DNA of 64,000 nucleotides, taken from NCBI GenBank assembly GCA_964448685.1, contig CAYUWR010000011.1, positions 23,007 to 87,006 on the forward strand, in the 5' to 3' direction. The first letter of the stretch is position 1; each line of letters starts with the position of its first letter. The stretch is from an uncultured Nitrososphaeria archaeon (GTDB taxonomy: Archaea > Thermoproteota > Nitrososphaeria > JACIWG01). The position numbers were made by a program, and so were the translations under genes. Positions 47,637 through 57,425 of this stretch are shown here, one piece after another. Under the pieces are notes generated by a model. That model did no database searches. It was not told the DNA's origin and was given only the letters and a program-made list of their open reading frames with translations.

Positions 47637-49157
47637 TTACAGTTCCATTTCTCTGAAGGCTGCTATGGCACGGTTAAGAAAGACCACGGTGGCGATCACC
47701 GAATACGAGAAGGAAAACAGAGTCAACGTGATCTCAAGAAATGGGGTTAGATTGACCATCTCCCCTATGAGGAAGGGGATAAGAATAGGCAGAGAAACCA
47801 AGACGAAGAACAGCATACCCATCATGTAGACGTATGGTGTAAAGGAGCGTCTCCTTATGATCCAGACCCCGTAGAAGACGCCGAATGCCGAGTCAGCCAA
47901 TGAGAGCAAGAGAGAATAAAATATGACACTGAAGCCGACTGAGCCCGCGATGATGACTACGATAGTCTGAGATATGGCGAGAAGAGGTAGATAGAATAGA
48001 AGCTGCCAAAAGAATACGCCGAAGACGTAGGACTTGATCTCATAAGAGAAGGTCTTCAGGATCCAAAAGTAGTCGCTGAATTCCGTGATCCAAAGCTGCG
48101 TCAAAAGTATAGGAAAAAAGATCGGGAGAAGCAGGACAAAAAAAGAACCTTGCTGAAGAAAACTGAAACTTGCACTATCGCCGACGAAGAAGTAAGGTAG
48201 GCTCAAGAAGACCGCCGTCAACAGTAGGCCGTAGAGGTCTCCGAATCGAAGGGTCCTAACAATAGACTCCTTGGCGAAGAACAAGATCTTGTTCTCAGGT
48301 GCATGTTCAAAGGATACAGGTATAGAGAACCGACCCACCTTCTCCAACATAAGCCGCTGCTTCTGAACCTGATACCTGAAGCTAGTATCGAATGCGGCTC
48401 TCAAGGGAACAACTTGAGCGAGGGGAATAAAGTTAAACTGCGACGCCCAAGACCACAATCCGATAGAAAAAATGGCCCAGGCTAAAACCGAAGCAGTGGG
48501 AGCTACTAAATTGGATGGCCCTCCAAGTCCAGCCAGAATCTCCTGAGAAGCCCCTATCGGAGAGATCAGGTTGATTAGTGTTGGCACATCATGGTAGAGT
48601 ACAGCTAACGGAACGGGAGCACAGAACACGAAAAGGATGACAACTATCAGCAGACGAACAAGGTTGCGGCTGTAGAAGAGAATCAGTACCTTAAAGCTGT
48701 TCTCCAACATGACCGAAATCGCCAATATTAGGAAGATAAGAGAAAACATGATAACATAGAAGAGTTTCACCAACAAGAGAATGGCGACAAAAGAAATAAT
48801 GAATGGGAGGAACAAGATGAACATTATAAGAGTCATGTCATATAACGTCTTTGCCACAAAAAAGTCCTTCGACATGACTGGAGAAGAGAAGATGAAGTCA
48901 CGTTCGTAGTCGATCACACTTATTGGACTGATCAGTGAATAGAACAGAAACAGGGCTGGAAAAAGATAGAGCAGAGGATACTGCGTTATCACTTCAATGA
49001 ACATGTTCTCCGAGAAGAGGCCATCACCCAAGACAAGCGGCAGAATGCCTAAGCCAGAAAGCGAGTATATGCAGAAGAGCACCAAAGTAGACTTCGATTT
49101 CCTAAAGGAACCGAATGAGGCTATCAGCCTCATCAAATATATCTCCTTTATAGGCAA
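47637..49157 (-). CDS. polytopic membrane protein, probable ABC-2-type exporter permease (at least 12 TM)
   Basis: Highly hydrophobic 506-aa protein immediately downstream of an ABC ATPase. Confidence 0.6.
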   Translation of the reverse strand: MPIKEIYLMRLIASFGSFRKSKSTLVLFCIYSLSGLGILPLVLGDGLFSENMFIEVITQYPLLYLFPALFLFYSLISPISVIDYERDFIFSSPVMSKDFFVAKTLYDMTLIMFILFLPFIISFVAILLLVKLFYVIMFSLIFLILAISVMLENSFKVLILFYSRNLVRLLIVVILFVFCAPVPLAVLYHDVPTLINLISPIGASQEILAGLGGPSNLVAPTASVLAWAIFSIGLWSWASQFNFIPLAQVVPLRAAFDTSFRYQVQKQRLMLEKVGRFSIPVSFEHAPENKILFFAKESIVRTLRFGDLYGLLLTAVFLSLPYFFVGDSASFSFLQQGSFFVLLLPIFFPILLTQLWITEFSDYFWILKTFSYEIKSYVFGVFFWQLLFYLPLLAISQTIVVIIAGSVGFSVIFYSLLLSLADSAFGVFYGVWIIRRRSFTPYVYMMGMLFFVLVSLPILIPFLIGEMVNLTPFLEITLTLFSFSYSVIATVVFLNRAIAAFREMEL

Positions 49158-49163
49158 AGACTT

Positions 49164-50000
49164 CTACCTTTTGAAGAGGCTAAAGAAGCCCTTTTTCTTA
49201 GCACCCTCAAGTTCAACGCCTCCCTGAGAAGAAGACTCTCGGGTTAAGGTCAAGAACAGCTGCTCGAGGGTGGTGTCCTTGCCAGCGTGTGCGATATCCT
49301 TTAGCTCCTGCAAGTTCCCTGACACAATATTTCTACCCTTACTTATGATAGCCACCCTATCACAAAATCGTTCAGCCAAATCCAAGAGGTGAGTTGACAA
49401 TAGAATCGAACAGCCCTCCTGTACAAGTCCCTTGAGCATCGACTTCAATTCATACTGCCCTTCTGGATCTATCCCTATAAATGGTTCATCGAGAAAGAGA
49501 ACCTTCGGCTCCTCCAGAAGGGCTGACGAGAACACGAGTTTCTGCTTCATACCCTTCGAAAGTGATGTGACAAGGTTCTTCCTCTTATCAGATAAGTCGA
49601 ACTCTTCAAGCAGAAAGTCGATCCTACGCTTCAAGGCCTCCCCAGGCATATATCTTATTCGACCAACATAGTATAGAAATTCGTATGCTGTCAGATACTC
49701 GGGTATAGCCGATGTTTCAGGCACATACCCAATCCACCGCTTATATGAGTAAGGATCCTTGTCAATGTCATATCCGAGGACATTGACAACACCCCGATCT
49801 TTCTTAAGAAGCCCAAGCACAATCTTGATCGTCGTAGTCTTACCTGAGCCATTCGGCCCAAGAAGACCCAAGACTTCACCCCTATTCATATAAAGAGATA
49901 AGCCATTTAAGGCTGGAACACCATCATATGCCTTCCACAGATTGTAGACATAGAGTGTAGCTCGATTCGGATCATACTTCTCAAATGTGCTATCCAACAT
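49164..50000 (-). CDS. ABC transporter ATP-binding protein
   Basis: Walker A GPNGSGKTT, signature LSKGMKQKL, Walker B LFLDEPF. Confidence 0.88.
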   Translation of the reverse strand: MLDSTFEKYDPNRATLYVYNLWKAYDGVPALNGLSLYMNRGEVLGLLGPNGSGKTTTIKIVLGLLKKDRGVVNVLGYDIDKDPYSYKRWIGYVPETSAIPEYLTAYEFLYYVGRIRYMPGEALKRRIDFLLEEFDLSDKRKNLVTSLSKGMKQKLVFSSALLEEPKVLFLDEPFIGIDPEGQYELKSMLKGLVQEGCSILLSTHLLDLAERFCDRVAIISKGRNIVSGNLQELKDIAHAGKDTTLEQLFLTLTRESSSQGGVELEGAKKKGFFSLFKR

Positions 50001-50045
50001 CTCAGATGTCCTCCAGATTTCCTAATCTATATTGGACCACGGCCT

Positions 50046-50312
50046 TTACTCCTTCACTTCAATCGACAAGTTTGGGTCAATCTCCTTTAGCAAGCCGTAG
50101 ATTTCGTCAATAGCAGGAATTGACTCCTTAAGATTCCAGCTGATCTTCTTGATAGACGCCCTCCTAAGTTCAGGCTCAAGCTGTATTATCGAAACAAACT
50201 TTTCCTTTATAACATAATATTCGTAACTATGCATTCTGACATCATACCCTCTATCTGATAGCTTCTTTCTAAGAAGAAGACGTTTTTCAAGTGCTCTAAA
50301 TGGAGAAGCCAT
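50046..50312 (-). CDS. small hypothetical protein upstream of the ABC exporter
   Basis: 88-aa ORF in the low-GC stretch. No motif. Coding status uncertain. Confidence 0.3.
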   Translation of the reverse strand: MASPFRALEKRLLLRKKLSDRGYDVRMHSYEYYVIKEKFVSIIQLEPELRRASIKKISWNLKESIPAIDEIYGLLKEIDPNLSIEVKE

Positions 50313-50612
50313 CAGGTTTTTGCCTTAAGCATCATATTTAACCTTTTAGCCTTCGAATCTTTCGGTTATCAAGATACGAGCATGTATAATACAATGTATA
50401 GTCTGAAGTCTCATTATGGGAACGGCAACTGATCGAATATGTTTGTTATGTTCTAACTCCTTCCCTAAGTCCCAGACCAATGTTTATGAAAAATTCATTT
50501 TCTTAAGAAGTTTGACAAATATTATTATGTGCAAGGAAAGAGATATGAAAAGTAAGCGCCTTGACTTTTAGAATTATTGGCCACCAGTTCTTCTTTCTAA
50601 AGGATATCCTGG

Positions 50613-52016
50613 TCACTCATAAGGTAATTGAACATACAGAAGAAGAATTGCTATTACAATAGTCAAAAATGACAATATAGAGCCAATTTTTACCCACTCT
50701 AAAATGGATAAATGTTCACCTCTGCGCTCAAGAATTCCTGCGGCGACAAGGTTTGCTGTACTTCCAATTATTGTCATATTACCAAAGAAACAGGCCGCAA
50801 ACAACATGCTCCACCATAACGGGAAAACGTAAATACCAGCTTCACCGATTTCAATTACAACCGGCGAAAAAACAGCTACTGCAAGAACGTTGTCTAGGAA
50901 AGCTGAAAGAAAGCCGACAGTTGGAGTGAACAATAGAAGTAGTTTAAGAGGTTCTCTACCTGCTATTTGGATTAAACTTTCAGCTAATATCTTTATAACT
51001 CCTGTATATTGTAATGTGCCAACAGATGCAAAAAGCATGACGAAAAAAAGCAATGTCCACCAATCGACTCGTCTTTCCACTAAATTTTTCGCTTCACCAA
51101 GATCACCTAGAAGAACCAAACTGGCCATTAACAAAGGAGTGCCTAACAACAAAGTGTTCTTTTTCAATTGCAGAATTTCTTCCAATGGATGATGCACTAT
51201 TAAGAGGCCAACAGTTGAAAGAAAAACGAGCCAACAGATAACTAGATTTTTTGGCGTGATCATATTGGTTTCGACAGGTGCAGGCAACTCTTTTTGGTGT
51301 TTTAAGGCATAATCGAATTTACTTATATAACTTGAATAATACTTCATGCAGATCATTATTGTGACTAACAATGTTACAATACAGATAGGAGTGGACCATC
51401 TTAGAAAATCCAAAAATGAGAACCCAGCCTTAAATGCTATCATAACACCGACTGGATTACCTACTGCCGTAGCTGCGGAACCTATGTTGGTTGCGAAGAC
51501 TGCGATCATGATAAATGGGATTGGTTTTACTTTCAATTTGTCTGTCATACGTAGGATCAAACTTGTTGTAAAAAGAATGGACGTAACTTCGTCCACTAGG
51601 GCTGCAGAGAAAGCTGCGAATATCATCAGAGTAATAATAGATTTATGCGCACTTCCTCCTGCCATTTCCATAAACTTCTGGCTTAAATACTCGAAGAAGC
51701 CCCGTTCCTCTAAGAAACCAATTATTATCATCATACCTACTAAGAACAAAACAATATCAAAGGATGCGAATTCAATAAGGTGGGGTACATCTATGACACC
51801 AACTAGTAATAATGCTGCAAGACCTAAGGTAGCGAATGGTAGTCTGTACTTCCAAAACATCAATGCTGCTGCTGTCTTAAAAACAAAAATAATCACGGAG
51901 GCGATTTGATTTGTGTTAAAGCCCAAAATGTAGGTAATTATGGCGGCTAGAAACGTGGATATGATTACTACTATGATATTTGCTATAGGAAATTGGTGGA
52001 TGACTATGTTCTTCAC
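50613..52016 (-). CDS. ArsB/NhaD/CitMHS-superfamily ion transporter permease
   Basis: 467 aa with about 12 TM segments and an internal two-fold repeat. Glycine-rich re-entrant loop motifs (IGSAATAVGNPVG and GNMTIIGSTANLV) as in ArsB/NhaD. Confidence 0.7.
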   Translation of the reverse strand: MKNIVIHQFPIANIIVVIISTFLAAIITYILGFNTNQIASVIIFVFKTAAALMFWKYRLPFATLGLAALLLVGVIDVPHLIEFASFDIVLFLVGMMIIIGFLEERGFFEYLSQKFMEMAGGSAHKSIITLMIFAAFSAALVDEVTSILFTTSLILRMTDKLKVKPIPFIMIAVFATNIGSAATAVGNPVGVMIAFKAGFSFLDFLRWSTPICIVTLLVTIMICMKYYSSYISKFDYALKHQKELPAPVETNMITPKNLVICWLVFLSTVGLLIVHHPLEEILQLKKNTLLLGTPLLMASLVLLGDLGEAKNLVERRVDWWTLLFFVMLFASVGTLQYTGVIKILAESLIQIAGREPLKLLLLFTPTVGFLSAFLDNVLAVAVFSPVVIEIGEAGIYVFPLWWSMLFAACFFGNMTIIGSTANLVAAGILERRGEHLSILEWVKIGSILSFLTIVIAILLLYVQLPYE

Positions 52017-52022
52017 TTTAGA

Positions 52023-53111
52023 TCATTCTGTATGCAATTTGGTCTTTATAACTAACTTGTCTCCTCTTTTAGAAAGCCACACTTCTTGGCCATTTGCAAT
52101 CAATGTTATCAAAACTTCATACCATGGGAAGCGTATTTCGTCAACTACCTCTATTGTGTACCCTCCATATGCTGCGACCATGTGCCCCCTATCGCCTACT
52201 ATTTCAGTAAGCCAAGATGGCAAATCTTGTATAGGCATATTCAATGCATTGATCTTATGCTTTTTGACAGCCTCGAAGGATTCTAGCTTCAGTTTATGTA
52301 CTCTAAGATCCTCTTCAAGTTCTTTTATTTTCTCTTGAAGAGCTATTACTTCCATGCCTTTCTCCACCCCATTTGCGGTCGTTCTAAGGCTGGTAAACCA
52401 TTTGTCAGCATTTTTGGCAATAGTATCTTTTAAGCCCCAGCCAAAAGCGATGCCAAAACCAACAGCAATACCTATGGCTACACCAAGAGCTAGTGCATTA
52501 GCAAGTATGTGGAAGATAGACACATCTACCTTCATAATTGTAAGTGTCGTTGTGATGACAACAAAATAACCTAATAATCTGAAACCGTTGCCAGCTATTG
52601 CGTAGTATTTGTACCCAGATCCCCTAATGGCGTCGTTAATAACATTGGATAATAAATCAACTATAAGGAAACCGATAAGAAATATTATTACTCCACCTAC
52701 AAAATTGGGTATATAGCCGATAATTGTGCTTACAACAGGCCTTAGTGTCTCTATATCAAGAATATCAACAGCTACAAGTATAGCGAGCAGATATACTGTC
52801 CATTTAGCTATATATCCCGCGATCTTACTTATCGATAAGCCAGATTGCCTTATAGCTGTTCCTAAGCTTGTTTTTTCCCACATGCTCTCCAGTCTACTTC
52901 TGTGTATAAAAGATGAGACGACCAAACACAATAAACGCCCTAAAAGCCACCCTACCAAAAGTGCTACAATAGCACCGGCTATCCTTGGTAGTTCAACTGC
53001 AACAGCCGACCAAAATTCATTTATTATGTCAACGATACCTAAAGAAATTGTATTGTTCCACATAATATCTCCGATGGCATTTATCAGGGCGCATAAATAA
53101 GTATTTTGCAT
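52023..53111 (-). CDS. membrane protein with two N-terminal 'conserved TM helix'-like repeats (MscS-associated type), a coiled coil and a soluble C-terminal domain
   Basis: N-terminal IINEFWSAVAVELPRIAGAIVALLVGWLLGRLL and TIIGYIPNFVGGVIIFLIGFLIVDLLSNVI resemble the TM_helix repeats of MscS-family proteins. Mid-protein coiled coil ALQEKIKELEEDLRVHKLKLES. Confidence 0.5.
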   Translation of the reverse strand: MQNTYLCALINAIGDIMWNNTISLGIVDIINEFWSAVAVELPRIAGAIVALLVGWLLGRLLCLVVSSFIHRSRLESMWEKTSLGTAIRQSGLSISKIAGYIAKWTVYLLAILVAVDILDIETLRPVVSTIIGYIPNFVGGVIIFLIGFLIVDLLSNVINDAIRGSGYKYYAIAGNGFRLLGYFVVITTTLTIMKVDVSIFHILANALALGVAIGIAVGFGIAFGWGLKDTIAKNADKWFTSLRTTANGVEKGMEVIALQEKIKELEEDLRVHKLKLESFEAVKKHKINALNMPIQDLPSWLTEIVGDRGHMVAAYGGYTIEVVDEIRFPWYEVLITLIANGQEVWLSKRGDKLVIKTKLHTE

Positions 53112-53241
53112 GTTTAATGCCTATATTAAAAAAGAAGATTGACGTAAATTGAAAGATAAACTCAAAGGCACTGCACAGGGGTGCCAGAGTGTTAGGTGAT
53201 TCTGCAGAATGGTTAACCTGAAGTGTATCGTGAAGAAGATT

Positions 53242-53272
53242 GGGCGTACTAGTCGCCCAGTTCCCCTTTTTT
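53242..53272 (+). terminator. terminator-like GC hairpin (GGGCG-TACTAGT-CGCCC) followed by a T-tract (CCCCTTTTTT)
   Basis: Perfect 5-bp GC stem with a 7-nt loop, then 8 pyrimidines including T6. There is no annotated plus-strand gene upstream, so it may end a small unannotated transcript. Confidence 0.3.
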
Positions 53273-53540
53273 CGTTAATAGAATGACGGTAAATAGATGT
53301 ACAAGACGAAGGATGATCTCGATTTCAACAATAGAACTCTTATAGTTAAACTTGAACTCGACAACAAAACGGCTGCTATGAAGGCGGTACCTAGGAGAAA
53401 AATAGAGTCCAGTATTATGACCGAATCAACATCTTCTTGTTCGATGATCGCAGTTCGAACGCTCACTTCAATCAATTTAACTCTCCCTTAAGTTTTGCAC
53501 TCTTATTGAATCATCAACGTTTATCGGCTTGCCAGCTTTA

Positions 53541-53735
53541 AACAATAGGCGGAGATGCCAGAATCTGTATTATAGTGCTTGTTGCAAAGCTGATGGCAAT
53601 ACTGAATGCGCCAAGCCCGACTATGATTTGTGTAATATCATATGCGACAACAGATAATGTTCCCAGAAGGTCTACGATATATACAAGAAAGTCGTCAAAC
53701 CTTTTTGAAGACCAACCAAGAACGACTGCTTGGTA
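53541..53735 (-). pseudogene. remnant of an MscS-like mechanosensitive channel gene (TM3-like segment only, no start codon)
   Basis: In-frame continuation after the regulator stop encodes ...AYDITQIIVGLGAFSIAISFATSTIIQILASPPIV*. This resembles the Gly/Ala-rich pore helix of MscS. No initiator codon is present in frame. Confidence 0.3.
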
Positions 53736-54242
53736 CTACTCTTTGAGCAACTTCTGGCTCAGTTCAGCAGCAGCCTTTCCAATCCTATTATATGCTTCAG
53801 CAAATTCTCCGATGATAGCTAATGACTTCTTGGCCTCATACACCTCTTTTTCTCTAATTTGCGGGAATCTTAGCTCGGTCCTTAACAGGGATATTTCACT
53901 TGCGATTTCATCTTGAGCTTCAAGTATCTTACGTAACCTGTGAACAACGATCTCTCGAGAAGACATCGATGGAGCATAGTAGTAGGTCCTTTCACCCTTC
54001 TTCTTTACCTTCCTAATGATACCTTCTGCGGCCAATTAGTCAAGAGCTTTACTCACTGAAGACACGCTAAACTGCGTCTTCGCTGTCAAGTCTTTCTGTG
54101 AAAGAGGTTGAACGGTAAGACATAGTGCACTCATGATCTTCCCATATATCAGATTAGGCGACGCCTCCCCAGCCAACTTCTCCCATAAGCAAGCGAACCT
54201 TTCCCTCGTTCCAGTAGTAGTGGTGGACATCGGCATCCACAC
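53736..54242 (-). pseudogene. winged-helix (MarR/TrmB-like) transcriptional regulator interrupted by an in-frame TAA at 54036-54038
   Basis: Track ORFs 54036..54242 and 53736..54035 are in the same frame. Joined, they read ...LSQKDLTAKTQFSVSSVSKALD*LAAEGIIRKVKKKGERTYYYAP..., a contiguous HTH recognition helix plus wing. The stop lies inside the DNA-binding domain. Confidence 0.5.
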
Positions 54243-54346
54243 ACCTTCTTTCTTTTTAATTTTTTCTTAATTAAGAAAGTTCTGCAATACTACAAGATCA
54301 CACGCGGTGAATTTAAATATAGGCAAAGGCAGCAATAACGCTCGAA

Positions 54347-55420
54347 ATGAGCCTAGAAGAATACATAAACTCAAAAATCGAGCCGATAAAGGTAGAAGAC
54401 AATATTTCCATTAGCAGACTCCTAGACAAGATGGAAAAGACAGCCTACCAGGGAAGAAAGCTTGCTGAAGCAGCCAAGGTAATTGAGAAGATGATAAAGG
54501 ATGAAGACACAACAATCATGCTAGGCCTAGCTGGCTCGATGTCGACAGCGGGACAGTGGAAGATAATAAACTGGTTCATCGAGAATAACTTTGTAGATGT
54601 GCTGGTCACCACAGGAGCAAATATCTCAGAGGATATCGTCGACGCCATGGGCTTCAGCTATTATCAGGGATCACATCTAGTAGACGACGAGAAACTCTTC
54701 AAGGTGGGACTTAACAGATACTATGATGTCTACGGTCGAGAAGACGATTATCTGGCCATGACCGAGCTTATTGCAGACTTCATAAAAACCATAGATTTGA
54801 GAAAAGAATATTCGTCAAGGGAATTCCTCTACCTATTTGGAAAACATCTTAGCAGCAAAGGCATACATAGCATCATTGCGACAGCAGCGGACAAGAAGGT
54901 CCCTGTCTACTGCCCCGCCATCTCTGACAGCCCATATGGCGATGCAGCACTGATAGCGAAAAGCCAGGGATATCATCTTAAGATCGACTCGATAAAAGGA
55001 TATGCTGAATTCATGAAACTTGCAGAAGATGTTAGAGACACCGGCGTAATCTATATTGGCGGTGGAGTGCCTAAGGACTTCATACAGTTGTTCGCAGTTA
55101 CAGCAGACCTACTCTTTAAAGAGAGAGAAATCCCGAACAGAAAACCGAAACGCTGCGATATCACAAATGAAAGCTACTATCCCCACAAATATGCGGTGCA
55201 AATTACAACAGATTCCCCCCAATGGGGCGGACTATCCGGGTGTACATTCGAAGAGGCAATATCATGGGGAAAGGAATCAAAGGAAGGAGAGTTTGTACAA
55301 TGCTACTGTGACGCGACGATCGCGCTCCCTATAATAGCCCACGCACTGGCGGAGAGAATAGAGTCGAAGAGGAAGCCAAATTCATTTCGTCTTAAGGAAA
55401 GCTTCTGGCCCAACATATAA
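54347..55420 (+). CDS. dys: deoxyhypusine synthase
   Basis: DHS family motifs (LGLAGSMSTAG, VTTGANISEDI, lysine-containing active-site region). Length typical of archaeal DHS. Confidence 0.9.
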   Translation: MSLEEYINSKIEPIKVEDNISISRLLDKMEKTAYQGRKLAEAAKVIEKMIKDEDTTIMLGLAGSMSTAGQWKIINWFIENNFVDVLVTTGANISEDIVDAMGFSYYQGSHLVDDEKLFKVGLNRYYDVYGREDDYLAMTELIADFIKTIDLRKEYSSREFLYLFGKHLSSKGIHSIIATAADKKVPVYCPAISDSPYGDAALIAKSQGYHLKIDSIKGYAEFMKLAEDVRDTGVIYIGGGVPKDFIQLFAVTADLLFKEREIPNRKPKRCDITNESYYPHKYAVQITTDSPQWGGLSGCTFEEAISWGKESKEGEFVQCYCDATIALPIIAHALAERIESKRKPNSFRLKESFWPNI

Positions 55421-55508
55421 AAACAGATAAGATCCTCTTACATAGATATTGTGAATTTTCTGAGGTAAGACCATAGAAAGATCAGATAAAGGCTTCGTAG
55501 GCTGGTAA

Positions 55509-55793
55509 CTACTGTTTGATCACTATGACCACTCTATCAGCCGCCAACTCACATATTTTTCTTATCCCTCTTTTGCCAGGAGCATAGTTAGCTTTGACCA
55601 AGTTCAATTCAATGAGATTGCCTATTTCGTCACTAACATGGGCCTCACTAAGGTCGAGACGATCTGCGATTGTTGAGACATCAAGCTTTTCTTTAGAGAG
55701 CAATCTTAGGATGTTGAAACTTGCTTCAGAGGCTAGAGCTTGAGCCACTTTCAAGGCATCCTCTCCTTCAAATTGCAGTTCCCTAATGGCCAA
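55509..55793 (-). CDS. small ArsR-like winged-helix regulator
   Basis: 94 aa. FNILRLLSKEKLDVSTIADRLDLSEAHVSDEIGNLIELNLV is an HTH. Divergent from the membrane-protein pair. Confidence 0.55.
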   Translation of the reverse strand: MAIRELQFEGEDALKVAQALASEASFNILRLLSKEKLDVSTIADRLDLSEAHVSDEIGNLIELNLVKANYAPGKRGIRKICELAADRVVIVIKQ

Positions 55794-55898
55794 GCATCTT
55801 CGCTACAGAGACCAAACGTACTCCTATAAATATACCTTTCTATTAAATATTATTTGTATTTTAAAATACTTATAATCCACGGCTTATAAGGATAAGCG

Positions 55899-56519
55899 GT
55901 GAATGAATTAATGTCCAAGAAAGAAGAACCAAAGACAGAGACAGGTGCAGAAGAGAAAAGAGTCGAGGTGTATGGTTCAGAAGCATATTATGAGTCGGCT
56001 AGGGCCGTGCGGGAAGTCGGCGCAAGGGTAGCCCTTTCGGTGATAGCTGCCATTCTAATTTGGCTATTTGGAGAAATGATATTCATACCAATAGCTAAGT
56101 CGTTGAACTACATCTTCCTAGGCTACCCTGTGCATTCCATAATCAGCTTCATCATCGTGATCGTCCTAGCCATCATAATCTTCTCCGTATTCGTCGACAT
56201 CAGAAGACTGACCAGTGGCATAGCCGGAATACTGGCCTACGAGGTCGGAAAGGTCGGTGGAGAAGTGAATGTGGAATCGTTCAGGCATTATCGAATAGCG
56301 CTCGATGGCATAATATACGTCATAGTAGTTGCTTTGGCATATCTCCTGTTCGCAGACTATCTAGGCCAAATCCATGCGGCCATTCCAGCTATCGTGCTAA
56401 TACTGATAGTCATCTGGTCTGTTTTCGCGCTATGGAGAAGCACTAGGGCCATAGCAGCAGAACTCGGAAAATACACTTCAAAATTGTCGGATGAACTCGA
56501 GAAGAGAGCTAAGAAGTAG
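55899..56519 (+). CDS. membrane protein, paralog A (4 TM)
   Basis: AAILIWLFGEMIFIPIAKSLN motif is shared with the next gene. Confidence 0.55.
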   Translation: MNELMSKKEEPKTETGAEEKRVEVYGSEAYYESARAVREVGARVALSVIAAILIWLFGEMIFIPIAKSLNYIFLGYPVHSIISFIIVIVLAIIIFSVFVDIRRLTSGIAGILAYEVGKVGGEVNVESFRHYRIALDGIIYVIVVALAYLLFADYLGQIHAAIPAIVLILIVIWSVFALWRSTRAIAAELGKYTSKLSDELEKRAKK

Positions 56520-56597
56520 AGCCTGAACCGTGTCCTAGTTGCCTTCACCCCCTTTTTTTTGGACGGAATTTGAACGCCGAGGAGTTGCTAGAACAAA

Positions 56598-57086
56598 ATG
56601 GATAAAAGACACAAAGGAGAGCAGATGATAGCATTTCTAAGGAAAGATGGCGCTCTATTATTTTATCGTGTCCTTTCCGCTCTTTTGATATGGCTTTTCG
56701 GTGTGCTTGTCTTCATACCGATCGCTCGCACAATAAATCCTCAAACGACGACCATATGTTCAACGATCATCTTGGTCACCTTAACTGCATTTCTCTATCA
56801 ATCAGTTCCTTTACTGAAGAGGATGATCGATCTGTTCTCACTTTTTCCAGCTGAGAAGTATGGACCTAGAATAGGTTTAGACGATAAAGGATCACAGCTG
56901 GTGTTCAGGTACGCGTTCTACATACTAGTGGTTCTGCTGGTTTATCTTCTGTATTCACCATTGCTGACAAATCTCCATGTAGCAATTGACGGCATAGTCT
57001 TGATCATTGCACTCATATTGTCGTTCTTTCTTTGTATTCGAATAATAGATATTATCGTATCAGGCTACGGTTCTAGGACCTCATAG
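56598..57086 (+). CDS. membrane protein, paralog B (4 TM)
   Basis: SALLIWLFGVLVFIPIARTIN, same architecture as paralog A. A tandem duplication. Confidence 0.55.
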   Translation: MDKRHKGEQMIAFLRKDGALLFYRVLSALLIWLFGVLVFIPIARTINPQTTTICSTIILVTLTAFLYQSVPLLKRMIDLFSLFPAEKYGPRIGLDDKGSQLVFRYAFYILVVLLVYLLYSPLLTNLHVAIDGIVLIIALILSFFLCIRIIDIIVSGYGSRTS

Positions 57087-57425
57087 AAGTATCATGGAAA
57101 TGTTTGAAGAATTTCATCGTCTAGAAGGTCTCTTTGAGTTTATCATCTCGTTCGTTTCCAATGATGTTGAAAATGACTTTCGTCGTTCCTGTTCAACCAC
57201 GCCATCTAGGACGATGAAATTGGAGGGTGCATCGATAGATTTAGGTGTTTTAACTTTTTGGGAGAAGTGTCGGCGAAGAAGCGGCAGTTTCGACTTCTAT
57301 CAAAATTCCGTCAATGGCAATAGATTTAGGATAATCTAGGTGCAGATCATGTTCGAGAAGATGGTAGCTCTTCCGTGGACAAGACTACAGGGGTGTTCTA
57401 AGTTTAAAGAGCGAGCGCCAAGTTT

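Noticed and set aside
54036-54038. Stop-codon recoding (Sec/Pyl-like) as an explanation for the in-frame TAA in the wHTH regulator
   Set aside because: The codon is TAA, not TGA or TAG. TAA clearly terminates lysW, hcs and other genes in this window. A pseudogene or sequencing error is more likely.
57094-57339. 81-aa ORF 57094..57339 (plus) in the 625-nt gap
   Set aside because: No motifs or repeat-support comparable to the neighbouring 53-aa repeat ORF. Left uncalled.
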